Shown one piece after another: positions 12,086 to 26,282 of a DNA stretch of 64,000 nucleotides. The stretch's first letter is position 1, and every line of letters begins with the position of its first letter. Under the pieces are notes generated by a model, which worked only from the letters and a program-made list of their open reading frames with translations, did not search any database and was not told where the DNA came from. The DNA is from Mobula hypostoma (taxonomy: Eukaryota), in NCBI RefSeq assembly GCF_963921235.1, contig NC_086109.1:27716001-27780000 (forward strand), written 5' to 3'. Both the position numbers and the translations under genes were made by a program.

Positions 12086-12500
12086 GGGGTTGAAAATCAC
12101 ACTTCCCAACAATATCATGCTCCACTAATGAAGAACTTCTACATCCAGAATCAAGATCCTCAATCACCTGAAGACATACACAGTCTGATGGACACCAACC
12201 ATGACTCCAGAGACCATTACTTATATCATCCCTAAAAGCCAGTTCAGTTAATTTTAAGTTATTGCCCTTACAAACATCAGGCTCCTGAACCAGTGTGGAT
12301 AACTTAACACACCTCAATTCAGAACTGATTACACAACCTACACACTCACTTTTAAGGACTCAACAACTCATTCTCAGTATTATTTATTTATTTATTCAAT
12401 CATTCATTTTTTAATTACACAATTTGTCTTCTTTTGCACATTGGTTTGTCAACATATCTCACCATATGACAATGCTGAGAGTTTCATTTACTTGCAGGCT

Positions 12501-14066
12501 TAAGAACATAAGAAATAGGAGCAGGAGTAGGCTATGCGGTCCATCAAGCCTGCCCCGCCATTCAATAAGATCAAGGCTGATCTGTCCGTAAACTCAGCTC
12601 CATCTATCTGTCTTTTCCCCATAACCCTTAATTCCCTTACTATGTAAAAACCTATCTAACTGTTTCTTAAATATATTTAGTGAGGAAGTCTCAACTGCTT
12701 CCCTGGGCAGAGAATTCCACTGATCCATCACTCTCTGGAAAAACAATTTCTCCTCATCTCCATCCTAAATCTTCTCCCCTGAATCTTCAGGCAATGTCCC
12801 CTGCTCTAGTCTCATTTACGAATGAAAACAACATTCCTACTTCTATCTTATCTATTCCTTTCAAAATTTTGTGTGTTTCTATAAGATCCCCTCTCATTCT
12901 TCCGAACTCCAGAAAGTATAGTCCCAGGCAACTCAATCTCTCCTCATAGGCCAACCCCTTCATCCCCAGAATCAACCTGGTTAACCTCCTCTGCACTGCC
13001 TCCAAAGTCAGTATATCCTTCATCAAGTATGGAGACCAGAACTGCACACAGTACTCGGTGCGGCCTCACCAGTACCCTGTATAGTTGCAGCATGACCTCC
13101 CTGCACTTGAATTCAATCCCTCCACTTGAATTCAATCCCTCCAGCAATGAAGGCCAACATTCCATTTGCCTTCTTAATAACCTGTTGTACCTGAAGCCAA
13201 CTTTTTGAAAATAATGAACAAGCACTCCCAAGTCCCTCTGCACAAAAGCATGCTGCAATCTTTCACCATTTAAATAATAATCTGCTCTTCTATTATTCCT
13301 TCCAAAGTGAATAATCTCACATTTACCATCATTGTATTCTATCTGCCAGACCTTGGCCCACTCACTTAACCTATCTATATCCCTCTGCAGACTCTCCACA
13401 TCCTCTGTACAATTTGCTTTTCCACTCAGTTTAGTGTCATCATCAAATTTTGCTACGCTACACTCTGTCCCCTCTTCCATGTCATCAATGTAAATGGTAA
13501 ACAGCTGCGGGCCCAGCACCAACCCCTGCAGCACCCCACTCACCACTGACTGCCAACTGGAGAAACACCCATTTATACCAACTCTCTGCCTTCTATTGGT
13601 TAACCAATCCACTATCCATGCCAATACACTTCCTCCGAGTCCATGCATCTGTATCTTATTTGTAAGTCTCTTGTGCGGCACCTTATCGAACGCCTTCTGG
13701 AAATCCAAGTATACGACATCCACCTATTCCCCTCTATCCACTGCACTCATTATATCCTCAAAGAACTCCGGTAAGTTTGTCAAACAGGACCTGCCCTTTC
13801 TGAATCCATGCTGTGTCTGTCTAATGGAACTACTCCTTTCTAAATGTTTCGCTATTTCTTCCTTGATGACAGCTTCAAGCATTTTCCCGATTACAGACGT
13901 TAAGCTAACTGACCTATAGTTGCCTGTCTTTTGCCTACATCCTTTTTTAAAAAGTGGCATGACATTTGCTGTCTTCTAGTCCACCAGGACCTGCCGAGAG
14001 TCTAGAGAGTTTTGATAAATGATTACCAACGCGTCTACTATAACCTCCGCCAATGCCTTCAGCACC
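12501..14066 (-). mobile_element. CR1 LINE RT fragment
   Basis: QHGFRKGRSCLTNL, VYLDFQKAFDKVPH and KFDDDTKL motifs over several frames; CR1 3' UTR. Confidence 0.95.
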
Positions 14067-14764
14067 AGCATTTACATGAGTATTAAGAAATAAAATAGCA
14101 TTTATGAAAACAAATCTATCTCTAATATATATTTTTCTCTGATAAATCCTTGTTTTATTTATAATCTGTAGACACAATCCAGGTTTCAAGATAAACACAC
14201 ATTTTCATCTTTCCTTACAAAAACACTGAAATGTTGGCTCCTGCACTGCCTAATTGTGGGTCAATTTAGAATTGAATAATATTTTTTCTCTTTCAAAACC
14301 TCTGAGCCATAAATTTCAGATTTATAAATAATATATTTTGAGAATAAGTAATAGCTACTCTATGTGTAAAGATTATTTCTTGTGTGAAACCATTCATCCC
14401 TTAAATTGGGTCATTGCAGTTCATTTTAAAACTTAACTGCCTGCAATGCTTATCCAAAAATACCTTTGATTTATGTTTGGACTACACAGTTATTAATTCC
14501 TCTTCGATTTTCCATGCAGGAGTTGTCAGTGCTCCCCTGCTTGTGGAATCTCGAGTTAGTGTCTACATCTGAATGAAATACTTGAGTGATGAATTACATT
14601 TTTAAAAGCGCCTTTTGCTTCTACAACTAATTCTATACATCCCCTGTATTTTTACTCCTTTATCAGTCACTTGCTTTGTCTTTAATTAGTAAATATTCCT
14701 TGCCATCTCCATCATACTTATACCAACTTCCACCTGCCACTAGACCTCTGAATACGTTTTTTTA

Positions 14765-15046
14765 AAATTTGTATTTTATTGAGATACAGCACAGAGTAGG
14801 CCATTACGGCCCTTAAAGCCACACCACCCAGCAAACCCCGATTTAACCCTAGCCTAAATTTACAATGACCAATTAACCCATTAACCGGTACGTCTTTGGG
14901 CTGTGGGAGCAAACCACAGCACCCAGAGGAGACCCACACAGTCACAGAGAGAACATACAAGCTCCTTACAGGCAGTGATGAGAACTGAACCCAAATTACT
15001 GGCATTGTAAAGTGCTGTGCTAACCATGATGCTACTGTGCCACCCC
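14765..15046 (-). mobile_element. tRNA-derived SINE (V-SINE/HE1-like)
   Basis: Head GGCACAGTAGCATCATGGTTAGC...GGGTTCAGTTC, central ...CCCACAGCCCAAAGACGT...TTAATTGGTCATTGTAAATT, CR1-like tail. Confidence 0.8.
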
Positions 15047-15875
15047 AGTTAACACAGATCTACCTCCCATTGTCTCCTCACTGTTCCCCATCTATTAGCA
15101 GAATATCCAAATCCTAACAACAAAGCAAATATCATGGAACTTCTGTCCTGCAGTCCTCTCTGCATCTCACTCCAATTTGTACAATTCCCAGTGTGCTGGC
15201 TTTACCAACCTAACACGAATTAAGGACGCTAACAGGAACCTGGCTGGGCACCGTAACGCACAGTAACTTCCTGTCTGGAAATATTTTACATCATTTGCCC
15301 CTTCAGAACCACTGCTGTTGTTTATGGCTGCTAGCTAGCAGCAAACCATACCTTAGTTATCTGTTTTAATATATGATAATTATGGCTATACAAAGGTTCT
15401 TCCTTAATTGCATCACTTGTTTCATCCCCTTTTCCTCCCCCTTTCCCTCTACTCGCCCAAGAAGCGTAAAAATTCTCTTACTGAGATATCTTCAACGTTT
15501 TCATCTAGCCAACCTCCTGTCTTGCATTTTAACACCCATCCATTTTAGTGTGAGTGCCACTTCCACCTTTCAGGAACTATGTGAGGGATAGCCAGTGTTG
15601 ATGTCCCTCTTAAGTGTCACAATGTGTTGTTCTATTGCTTATTTTGTTTCTTTCATAGTGTGGTGCCAAGATTTTCAATCACAAGCAGCTTCCTCCCAGG
15701 CACTTAAGTACAGCCCAACAAACTTTATGTTCCGTTTAACGCAGTCCTTAAAGCAGTTTGGGAACAGTCAACATTTTATCAGCTTTGCTTCTAATTCGCT
15801 GAATTGATTCTTGTTCATGCTTATGCATTCCTGCGAGCATGGTTTCCGCTCTTGGGATGGCTATGAGCTGAAGTA

Positions 15876-16158
15876 ACATAGAAACATAGAAAAACTACAG
15901 CACAATACAGGCTCTTCAGCCCACAATGTTGTGCCGAACATGTACTTACTTTAGAAATTACCTAGGGTTACCCATAGCCTTCTATTTTTCTTAGCTCTTA
16001 AAAGACCCTATCATATTCACCTCCACCACCGTCGCCAGCATCCCATTCCACATACTCTCCACTCTCTGCATAAAAAAACTATCCTGACAGCTCCTCTGCA
16101 CCCACTTCCAAGCACCTTAAAACTGTGCCTTCTAGTGATAGCCATTTCAGTCCTGGGT
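15876..16158 (-). mobile_element. CR1 3' end fragment
   Basis: Closely similar to 7947-8270. Confidence 0.9.
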
Positions 16159-18233
16159 AAAAGCCTCTGACTATCCAGTACTTTGTGGTTAGCCCTCTAC
16201 AGACATTTGTACCTGCATGTAATGGTGAAGAATTGCTGATTTTGCAGGAGATTAGATCTTGCCCCTAGACCAAAACATACTGAGCTGAGCACTGGGTACA
16301 CTTCATACCTGGCCCCTCAGCTTAGTCCAGTCATATGGTGTACCACTATGTATGGGGTCAATGATCTTCACTGAAAAGGTAAGTGAAAATGCGTAGCCTT
16401 TTCTCTGACTTTTAATCAACAATGTGATTTTAACTTTTTTTTACTTTTAAAAATTACTTAAATGTATATAAGTCTTTGATCATCAGGAAAAAAACTGTAA
16501 GTAGGGAAAAGTCTTTCTCATGGTACGAACGGCCTAAAGAGTAGTCCAGCAATTGGGGTTTAGACTACACCTTAGGTGCTGCTGGCAGCTCACTCTATCT
16601 TACAACCATAGTCACAAAGCCAGCAGGAAGATGGGACCTCTGCAGCTGCGATGCGCAAGTGTGACTGTGAGCATCCAGCTGGGGGCAACAGCAAGGCCCT
16701 GGGTTGATCAGGATGACCCAATCCAGTTGCTTAGCAACTGGAGGCAGCCTTGGCTCTCAACTGCTGAATCCAAAATGGAGGACTGAGCAGAATGATTTAG
16801 TTTAGTATTTATCCTTTGTAAATTTACTTTTTAATGTAAACAGGAGTGATTAACATGACAAGTTAATTCCACACGTTAATTGTGCTGGTTAATAGTAATT
16901 AATTGATAGCCCTGCAGAGGTAACTAAGTATTTCACTGTGAAGGAATCAGAAATAAACAGCAATTTACAATAAACTTGACTTTGGCTGAACGTTTAAAAC
17001 TGAAGTTTAAATAAAAAACGAAATCTTTGAAAGTATTCTTTGACAAAGGAAATGCATGCAGCCTAGTGAGCCAATTTGGTGTAGATAAAAAAACCAGACA
17101 GATCAGGACTGGTAATTTCAGATCATCTTACAAATTAAGCCTCCCAGGAAAGTTAATTACTTTAGTAGATACTTCATGTCACTAAAATCAGTAATTCAGT
17201 GGTAAAATTACTATAAATGCAACCATGGCAATGGAGGATGGTGGATGAGAAACAGGAACATTGTAATTTACAGAGATAAAGACAGAGAAATTGCAAGTAA
17301 GATTACAACAAATAACTCTCTGTTAGCCAGGTAGTCTCCACCAGAATTGAAAATTTCTATTATTTTATCTTTTCGCAAAGTAAAATAAAAATATTACTCA
17401 ATTTCATGGGAATTGAAAGATTATAAAAGTTTCAAAAGCCATCTGGTCACCAACCACCGCCAATCTAATTGCCTTTCAGGGAGAGAAGCAATTAAGTCTT
17501 TGAGTCAGCATTAGAACAGCTGTACACTCAGTTTCTTCTCAAATGTCAACTGTACGGGTGTTTTAAAGTGATATCAAGTTTACTTGATGACCAGCAATAA
17601 CACTGGCTGCCCAACCACCTATGGGGAATACAGCTGTGAGGCATATCTAATACATCGTCCCTGCCCTTCCAAGCTGGCAATTGATGTGTAGCCAGATGAA
17701 GTAGGGACATAGATTTTATTCATTTCACAGCACGAATCTCACTGTAACCAGCAGTTTGCCACTGTGTATCAGGAGTTTTCTCCTGCATATGATCTAAGGT
17801 CTTCATCATCATTTGGATTTTCTTACTTCTCTCTGTGAGTTGTCAAAGTGGCCTTTTCTGTTAAATTGAAATTATTTTTTTATCACTGCTCTGCCAAACA
17901 ACATCCCTGGAATAATAAAATTAAATGTCAAGTTTTGTGAGATTAGTGCATTTAAATCGGAAAATCAGAAGAAAATTCTGGAATTTCATCTTCATCTCAT
18001 TCTGAGGAAAATTGTTAACCTGAAATATTAACTGTTTATCTCTCCAACACCAAGCCTGCTGAGTACTTGCAGTATGATTTTAATTCATATTTCCAGCATT
18101 TACATCTTTTTTTTAAATTTTCATATGTTATAATGTAATTCATGGTCCAGATTCTCTCACTTTAGTCAGAACCAACATAACCTGAATGGCCAATCTATTT
18201 CATTATCTGCAGTATACCTTCACTTGTAATCTA

Positions 18234-18776
18234 AACTCAGTAGCCACTTTATTAGATACACCTACTCATTAATGTTAATATCCAATCAGCCAATCATGTG
18301 GCAGCAACTCAGTGCATAAAAGAATGGTTACACGGTTGAGTTCTTGTTCAGACCAAACATCAGAAGGGCGAAGAAATGTGATCTTTGACCATGGAATGAT
18401 CGTTGGTGCCAGAAGGTGTGGCTTGAGTAGCTCAGAAACTCCTGCTCTCCGGGGATTTTAATGCACAACAGTCTCTAGAGTTTACAGAGAATAGTGGAAA
18501 AAAAAAAAATCATTGAGTTTCAGGTCTGTAGATGAAAATGAGAGAGGTTGGAGCAGAATGGCCAGACTGGTTCTAGCTGACAGGAAGGTGACAGTAACTC
18601 AGATAATCACAGTGGTATGCAGAAGAGCATCTATGAAGGCACAACATTTGAACCTTTGCAACATTTGCCCAACATTTGTCACAACATTTGCCCAACATTT
18701 GATGGGCAACAGCAGCAGAAGACCACGACAATGCACACGTGGCCACTATATTAGGTATAGGTAGCCACTAAGTGTA
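18234..18776 (+). mobile_element. Tc1/mariner non-autonomous element
   Basis: End ACTCAGTAGCCACTTTATTAG, inverted GCCACTAAGTGTA; transposase remnant RMARLVLADRKVTVTQI. Confidence 0.7.
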
Positions 18777-19304
18777 GATTACTTTTAATGTTTTCAGTTT
18801 AACATTGGCCCATTTCCTCATTCCCATTTAAATAGATGCATGTAATATTTGAATGGACATTAAAATACTGAATTTTAGCCTGTGATCCCAAAGAGAACCG
18901 CCAGCAAGTTGTTGTGGGTGGGTCAGCTCATTCTTGACTTTCTCATCTGTGTATTGCTGTGCAGAAGTCAAGAATGAGCAGGAGAGTAAATGTTGGGATA
19001 TAAACCAGAACCCAGAACAAGTGTACTCCTCAGCTTTGCTCCGGTTTTAGGCCCAACTCATCAATGGCAACCAAAGCATCTTCTTAAACTATTCCTATTT
19101 GACTGCATTTGGTCATTCCCTCTGAACCTTCCCTGTCCTGGTACATGTCCAAATACCTGTAAAATGCTGTAAATATACCCACCTCTACCACCTGCTCAGG
19201 CAGCTCATTCCATAAACCCATGATCCTCTGTGTGGAAAAATGTCTCTCAAGTCCCCTTTAAATGTTTCCTCTCTCACTTTAAACATGCCCCCCACCGAGT
19301 TCAT

Positions 19305-20060
19305 TAGGATACATCAGGACCAGTACATTTTGGTCCAAACAAATGGCTGCCCCAGTTAGCTGATGTTTCATGGAAATAGTTAGAAAGGTATGAAAAAGGC
19401 AAACTACCATTTACTAGAGTAATAAATTATGTATTTAAATGAAATACATTACAAATTAGAACACTATCCTTACTACTGCAAGTACTATAAAAGTGTGTAT
19501 TAGTTCCTGATAATTAGCAATGAAGGAATTACACTGCCATGTTCTTTTGATTGACTGTAAATAAGTCAGCGCAGACACCTAGAATAATGGACTGCCTTCA
19601 TACAATGCTTTTGACGATTGCTCGAAATCTTCATTTTCACTGTAACAATCAAGATGATTGTCGACAACCTTCAAATTCATTGTAGTTCCTAACTTGTTGA
19701 AGAAGAGAAATAGTTTCATGACCATTTCTCGCATCTCCAACCCTGAATGCTTGAAACTACAGTGAGCAAAACAGTTCTGAATTATCTTACTGCCCATTTC
19801 TCACCAAATATCAGTGACAACAATCACTGCTTTTTGAACACGAACACACGCAATTTAAAATCTGTTCACTCTAATAGCAACACACACAAGTGCCCATGAC
19901 TGATGCTAATTAAAAACTGTTCAGCAACAGTTTCCTGCCTGAACTAAGTGGCACAGTATCCCAAATAAATGAAGGAAATACCATCTATTTTCTCAAATAG
20001 TTTTTGTTCTTTCAGATTTGGCCCAAATAAATGGTCACCCAATTATCCAAAGGCTCAGTA
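19305..20060. mobile_element. Degraded Tigger/pogo-like non-autonomous element
   Basis: Internal quasi-inverted motifs (TTTTGGTCCAAAC...GCTGCCCCAGTTAGC; TTTGGCCCAAAT...CCCAATTATCC); termini not resolved. Confidence 0.45.
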
Positions 20061-20079
20061 AACTAGAATCCACTATGTA

Positions 20080-20980
20080 TATACTCTTGAAGATGTCTTC
20101 ATTGGTGGGGAGGCTAGTGCCCATAATGGAGCTGGCTGAGTTTGCAACCTTCTGGATCTTTTTCTGTTCCTGTGCAGTGGCTCCTCCACACCAGACAGTA
20201 ATGAGACCAGTTAGAATGCTCTCCATGGTACATCTGTAGAAATCTGCTGGAGTCTTTGATGACACACCCAATCTCCTCAAATTTTGAATGAAGTATGGCC
20301 TGTGCCTTTCCTTCTTTGTAACTGTATTAACATTTTGGGCCCAGGATAGATCTTCAGAGATGTTGACACCCAGGAACTGCTCACCCTTTCCACTGCTAAT
20401 CCCTCAATGAGGACTGGTGTCTGTTCCTCAACATCCCCCGACTTTTGATGTCCACAATCAGTTCATTGGTCAGACGTTGAATGCAAGGTTGTTGCTATGG
20501 TAAAACTCAACCAGCTGATCTACATCACTTTTGTACACCTCTGAGATTCTGGCAACAATACTTGTATGATCGGCAAATTTATAGATGGCATTTGAGCTGT
20601 GCCTAGCCACAAATTCATGGGTGTAGAAAAAGTAGAGCAATGGGCTAAGCAAGCATCCTTCAGGTGTGCCAGTGTTGATTGTCAATGAAGAGGAGTTGTT
20701 ATTTCCGCACTGAATGTGGTCTCGTGATGAGGAATTCAGAGATCCAGTTGCAGAACTTTCAGATCCAGTACAGAGACCCAGTTTTGAAGATTGTACTGAG
20801 GTTATGATGCTGTTGAACGCAAAGCAATTATCAATAAACAGCATCCTGACATAGATACTGTATTGCTATTCTCCAGGAGGCCCAAGGTTGAGTGGAAAGC
20901 CAGTGAGACTGCATCCATTATAGACATATTGTGGTAATGGGCAAATTGCAGGGGGCCCAGGTCCTTGTTTGGGCAGAAAA
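20080..20980 (-). mobile_element. Rex/Babar-like LINE RT fragment
   Basis: LGPLQF, NTGTPEGCLLSPLLY, KFADHT and FYRCTMESILTG motifs. Confidence 0.88.
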
Positions 20981-21791
20981 GTGCAAGGACTATGTAATCC
21001 AAAATAAATTAATAGCTAAAAAAGGAATAATGAGGAGTTGTGTTCATGGGTTCCTGAAGTGCTCAGGGATCTGGTAGTGGAGGGATGAAGCTCTTTCTGG
21101 AACTTCCCTATATTGTCTAGATTCCTCAGAACCTTTTATGCTTCAATGAGATTATCTCTCATTCTTCTAAATTACAGTTTAGGCCCATTCTACAATGAAT
21201 TATAATGAAGTCACGTTGTATGCTGTGCGCTAATATAGAAATTTACACATTGTGATCCATCATCAGAAAATGTCAAAGGTACGAGATCTTTTATTTATAA
21301 AAAGCCAGAATTCCTTTGAATTATTTGAAAGATACATTGAAGAAAACAATTGCAGCAATTTTCCTTTGTCTCATAAATACTTGAGGAGAAAGGAATAGAA
21401 ATATTGAACAATCACACTGCAACTGTAGCTGTAGTTGTACGTGGTTGGCATTGACATGTAAAATTTGCTGCAAACAATATTTGTAGCAGTATGTCAAATG
21501 GAAATTGTTGACTTGCATCCTAGTAATCTATTGAAATTCATTTCTGTTGGCTACATAAATGATATCCTTGAGGCCCTGTCTTAATTTACAGGTGAAACAA
21601 TTTTAAACATTGAAGAAAAATCAAAATTCATCTCATAATAATGTTTACAATAATATATTTGACTTCAGTGGAAATATTAATTCCATTTTAGAGTTTTTTT
21701 CTTTACATTTGCATTCTTAGACATCCATAATCAGAGTCCAAACCAGCTTAGGGACCAAATGTGGGATGGCATATCAAAATGTATAATTAAA

Positions 21792-23461
21792 CCATAGAAC
21801 CATAGAACCATAGAACCATAGAAACTACAGCACAGAAACAGGCCCTTTGGCCCTTCTTGGCTGTGCCGAACCATTTTCTGCCTAGTCCCACTGACCTGCA
21901 CACAGACCATATCCCTCCATACACCTCCCATCCATGTATCTGTCCAATTTATTCTTAAATATTAAAAAAGAACCCGCATTTACCACCTTGTCTGGCAGCT
22001 CATTCCATACTCGCACCACTCTCTGTGTGAAGAAGCCCCCCTTAATGTTCCTTTTAAACTTTTCCCCCCTCACCCTTAACCCATGTCCTCTGGTTTTTTT
22101 CTCCCCTTGCCTCAGTGGAAAAAGCCTGCTTGCATTCACTCTATCTATACCCATCATAATTTTATATACCTCTATCAAATCTCCCCTCATTCTTCTACGC
22201 ACCAGGGAATAAAGTCCTAACCTATTCAACCTTTCTCTGTAACTCAGTTTCTCAAGTCCCGGCAACATCCTTGTAAACCTTCTCTGCACTCTTTCAACCT
22301 TATTTATATCCTTCCTGTAATTTGGTGACCAAAACTGAACACAATACTCCAGATTCGGCCTCACCAATGCCTTATACAACCTCATCATAACATTCCAGCT
22401 CTTATACTCAATACTTCGATTAATAAAGACCAATGTAGCAAAAGCTCTCTTTACGACCCTATCTACCTGTGACGACACTTTTAGGGAATTTTGTATCTGT
22501 ATTCCCAGATCCCTCTGTTCCACTGCACTCCTCAGTGCCTTACCATTAACCCTGTATGTTCTACCTTGGTTTGTCCTTCCAACGTGCAATACCTCACACT
22601 TGTCAGTATTAAACTCCATCTGCCATTTTTCAGCCCATTTTCCCAGCTGGTTCAAGTCCCTCTGCAGGCTCTGAAAACTTTCCTCACTGTCTACTACACC
22701 TCCAATCTTTGTATCATCAGCAAACTTGCTGATCCAATTTACCACATTATCATCCAGATCATTGATATAGATGACAAATAACAATGGACACAGCACTGAT
22801 CCCTGTGGCACACCACTAGTCACAGGCCTCCACTCAGAGAAGCAATTCTCTACCACCACTCTCTGGCTTCTTCTATCGAGCCAATGTCTAATCCAATTTA
22901 CCACCTCTCCATGTATACCTAGCGACTGAATTTTCCTAACTAACCTCCCATGCAGGACCTTGTCAAAGGCCTTACTGAAGTCCATGTAGACAATATTCAC
23001 TGCCTTCCTTTCATCCACTTTCCTGGTAACCTCCTCGAAAAACTCCAACAGATTGGTCAAACATGACCTACCACGCACAAAGCCATGTTGACTCTCCCTA
23101 ATAAGCCCCTGTCTATCCAAATGCTTGTAGATTCTGTCTCTTAGTACTCCTTCCAATAACTTACCTACTACTAACGTTAAACTCACCGGCCTATAATTTC
23201 CCGGATTACTTTTCGATCCTTTTTTAAACAACGGAACAACATGAGCCACTTTCCAATCCTCCGGCACTTCACCCGTAGACAGCGACATTTTAAATATTTC
23301 TGCCAGGGCCCCCACAATTTCAACACTAGTCTGCTTCAAGGTCCGAGGGAACACTCTGTCAGGTCCCGGGGATTTATCCACTTTAATTTTCCTCAAGACA
23401 GCAAGCACCTCCTCCTTTTCAATCTGTACAGTTTCCATGGTCTCACTACTTGATTCCCTCA
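21792..23461 (-). mobile_element. CR1 LINE, 5'-truncated, uninterrupted RT ORF (21882-23460)
   Basis: 540-aa ORF with KSPGPD, YRPVSLT, QHGF, DFSKAFD, GVPQGS and KFADD; (TTCTATGG)n tail at 21792-21822. Confidence 0.97.
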
Positions 23462-24840
23462 AACAGCCAGAAAAAGTTGATATTTTAACCATTTCTTTCT
23501 CCATGGAAGCTAATGATTGTTTTTTGCACTTTTTATGTTTATTTTGCTATCCTGCAATTTTCATATCTTGCTTGTTCTGGTCTCTAGATGCACAGTTTAT
23601 TTTGTATGAATATCACTTCCTGTATGTAAGCTTTTTTTATATATATAACTTCCTGGACTGGTAAATTTTGATTTGACTTGAAGTACACGGTGAAAAGACA
23701 TTTGTGTGCATTTCATAAACAATAATGGCTGCTTCTGACCTGAGCAACATCACTCATTAAGACCTGGAAGTCAAGTCAGAATCTGTCTTCACAATGCTTG
23801 AGTGAAACCACAATTAGCGTAGCTGCAACACGATTCTGTGCTAGAGCTTAAGGCTAAGAAGAAGGGCGGTTTATACAAAGTGCAAAGTTGAGATGCAAAT
23901 GGAGAAAGTTCGTATAGACATGGAGAGAGCATGTATGAAGGCTACATTAAGTGTACTCAAGGAAAAGTAAGGCTGCCTCAGCAGAGGCAAAGGTATTTGA
24001 GGCAGCAGCTGACTTGAACAGTGGTGACTCTACAACCCAAATCAGTCATGCATTGCTATCACAATAGCTAATGCACCTTACTAAAGATGTCCAAATGCAT
24101 ATTGGCTTATAAAAGATGGTGCTCCAGCTCGACAAGGAAAAGCTGTGCACACTGCACAACCAGCATACCTTTCCCATAGTCCAGGTATTGACAGCCAAGG
24201 TTAAGAGCAGTCCCACCACTGCAAAGACTTCAGTCCACTGATGCCAATCCTATCCACGCAGACATGAGCAGACTGAACTTCCATCCATCCCAGGACACAG
24301 CATTTGGCAAACCAGTCTCCACAATGCCCTAATTCAGAAGCCACAGCTTGGTATCTAGCTTGTCGTGATCTAGTCACAGTAGGATTAAAGGTGTTCGACA
24401 ACCAGTTTGCCAGTTACCTGTTCTGTAAGTCAAGCTTCCGCAATGCCATGGACAAACTAAGTGTCAAACCTAGCAAAGAGCTATGTAGACCTTCTCCATA
24501 CGTAGCTTGGTGCAACATGCAAGAAGGGTTAGGGAAAGTTATAGCAGTAATCTAGCTACATGCTGTGGCAGAAGACGGAGAAATGCTATAACTCTGCAGA
24601 GGCAATTGAACAATCTCTTTTCAATGGAAAATAATTTTCCAAAGCTCTCATGCAAGGAACCACAGAAGCTACAAGAGATTGTAGAACTGATGTTGGAATT
24701 GCAAGCTGCTAAAAATGAGTGTTACCTACTATGAATGAGTTTCTTGGACACAGCCAGAGGAATAAACCCAATACACCATACTAGATAGTGCAGGAATAGG
24801 ATAATGGTACAGATGAATGAGTGGCTGAGGAAGTGGTGCA

Positions 24841-25867
24841 TGGTTGATAAAATTTTAGGTTTTAATCCTTTGCAGAAGAGATTAATAGCAATAATTTATC
24901 ATATAATTATGAAATTACAGCCAGATATATCTGATAAAATCAAAAATGAATGGGAAAGGGAACTTCAACTTTCCCTACCTATAGAGAAATGGGAAAAAAC
25001 TTTTCAATTAGTTAGTACTTCTTCTATATGTGCTAAACATACATTAATACAATTTAAAGTAGTACACAGAGCTCATATGTCCGAAGATAAACTAGCTCGT
25101 TTTTATTCCCATATAAACCCTACTTGTGATAGATGCCACTCTGAAGTGGCTTCTTTAACTCATATGTTTTGGTCCTGTCCTCTTTTGGAAAAATATCGGA
25201 AAGACATTTTTGATATTATTTCAATAGTTCTATGCTTCGATTTAAAACCCCATCCTATTACGGCAATCTTTGGATTGCCAATGGTAGAACATAGATCTTT
25301 GTCTTCTTCAGCCTGTCGAATGATAGCTTTTGTTACTTTAATGGCGAGAAGATCTATTTTGTTGAACTGGAGGGAAACTAATCCTCCAACGGCATTCCAA
25401 TGATTTTCTCAAACCATATTAAGTTTAAATTTAGAAAAATTAGATGTGATATTTTTGACCCTTCGGTTAAATTTGAAGAAACTTGGAAACCTTTTATGCA
25501 ACATTTTCATATGATGTAATCTGACCTTTCCGAATCTTTTTTCTAAACGTAAATTATATGATGAGAGGAGCAGAGTTAACAACATTATTGAACATGTCTG
25601 ATACAAGCTGTTGGTCTAGCCCTGTTTTGCTTTTTTTGGGGGTTTTTTTTTCTCTTTTTCTTTTGGGGTTTTTTTTGTTTATATATTTTTTTCTTTTTAT
25701 TTCCTTTTTTAAATGATTAATTTCATTATGAGTTTGGAAGACATTTATATCTATGTTACTTAAAATTAATTTTATATATGCTGATGAACATTATTCCAAT
25801 CTCTTTGTACCAACTTTGTTATTGAGTTTATAATTTTGAAAAATTAATAAAAAGATTTAAAAAGAAA
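24841..25867 (+). mobile_element. L1-clade LINE 3' end
   Basis: Perfect 13-bp TSD AGGAAGTGGTGCA (24828-24840, 25868-25880). ORF2 cysteine-rich motif CDRCHSEVASLTHMFWSC, T-rich 3' UTR, AATAAA and A-rich tail. Confidence 0.93.
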
Positions 25868-26282
25868 AGGAAGTGGTGCAGGGAGCAGGGTTTCAGATTT
25901 CTGGATCATTGGGATCTCTTCTGGAAAAGGTATGACCTGTACAAAAAAGACAAGTTACACCTGAGACCAGGTGGGACCAATATCCTTGCAGGCAGGAGTG
26001 CTAGCACTGTTGGGAAGGGTTTAAACTAAGTTTGCAGGGGGTGGGAAAAGGGGGTGATTGAGCGGAGGATGGGTATACCGGTAGATGCAGTGTGAGGTTG
26101 TGAGGATGGATAGGCAGATGATAGGGCAAAATTCCTGTCAGTGGGGTGAGGTGGTGTAACATGGGAAAAAATCAAACAGGGTGATGAACACAGGAGTTAT
26201 ATTTTAATGCATGTAGTATACAAAGTAAAGTAAATAATCTTGTAGCGCAGTTAGAGATTGGCAAGTATGATGCTATGGGCAT

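Noticed and set aside
13104..13143. Tandem duplication CACTTGAATTCAATCCCTC x2
   Set aside because: Ordinary frameshifting duplication in a dead CR1 copy.
14465..14569. Exon-like segment beginning DVDTNS, reminiscent of copine DVDSKS
   Set aside because: Stops in all frames, no further similarity, and the copine exon that must precede it is absent.
18641..18701. Five CAACATTTG-like units resembling a small array
   Set aside because: Local slippage duplication inside a Tc1-type element; no spacers, eukaryotic context, not CRISPR.
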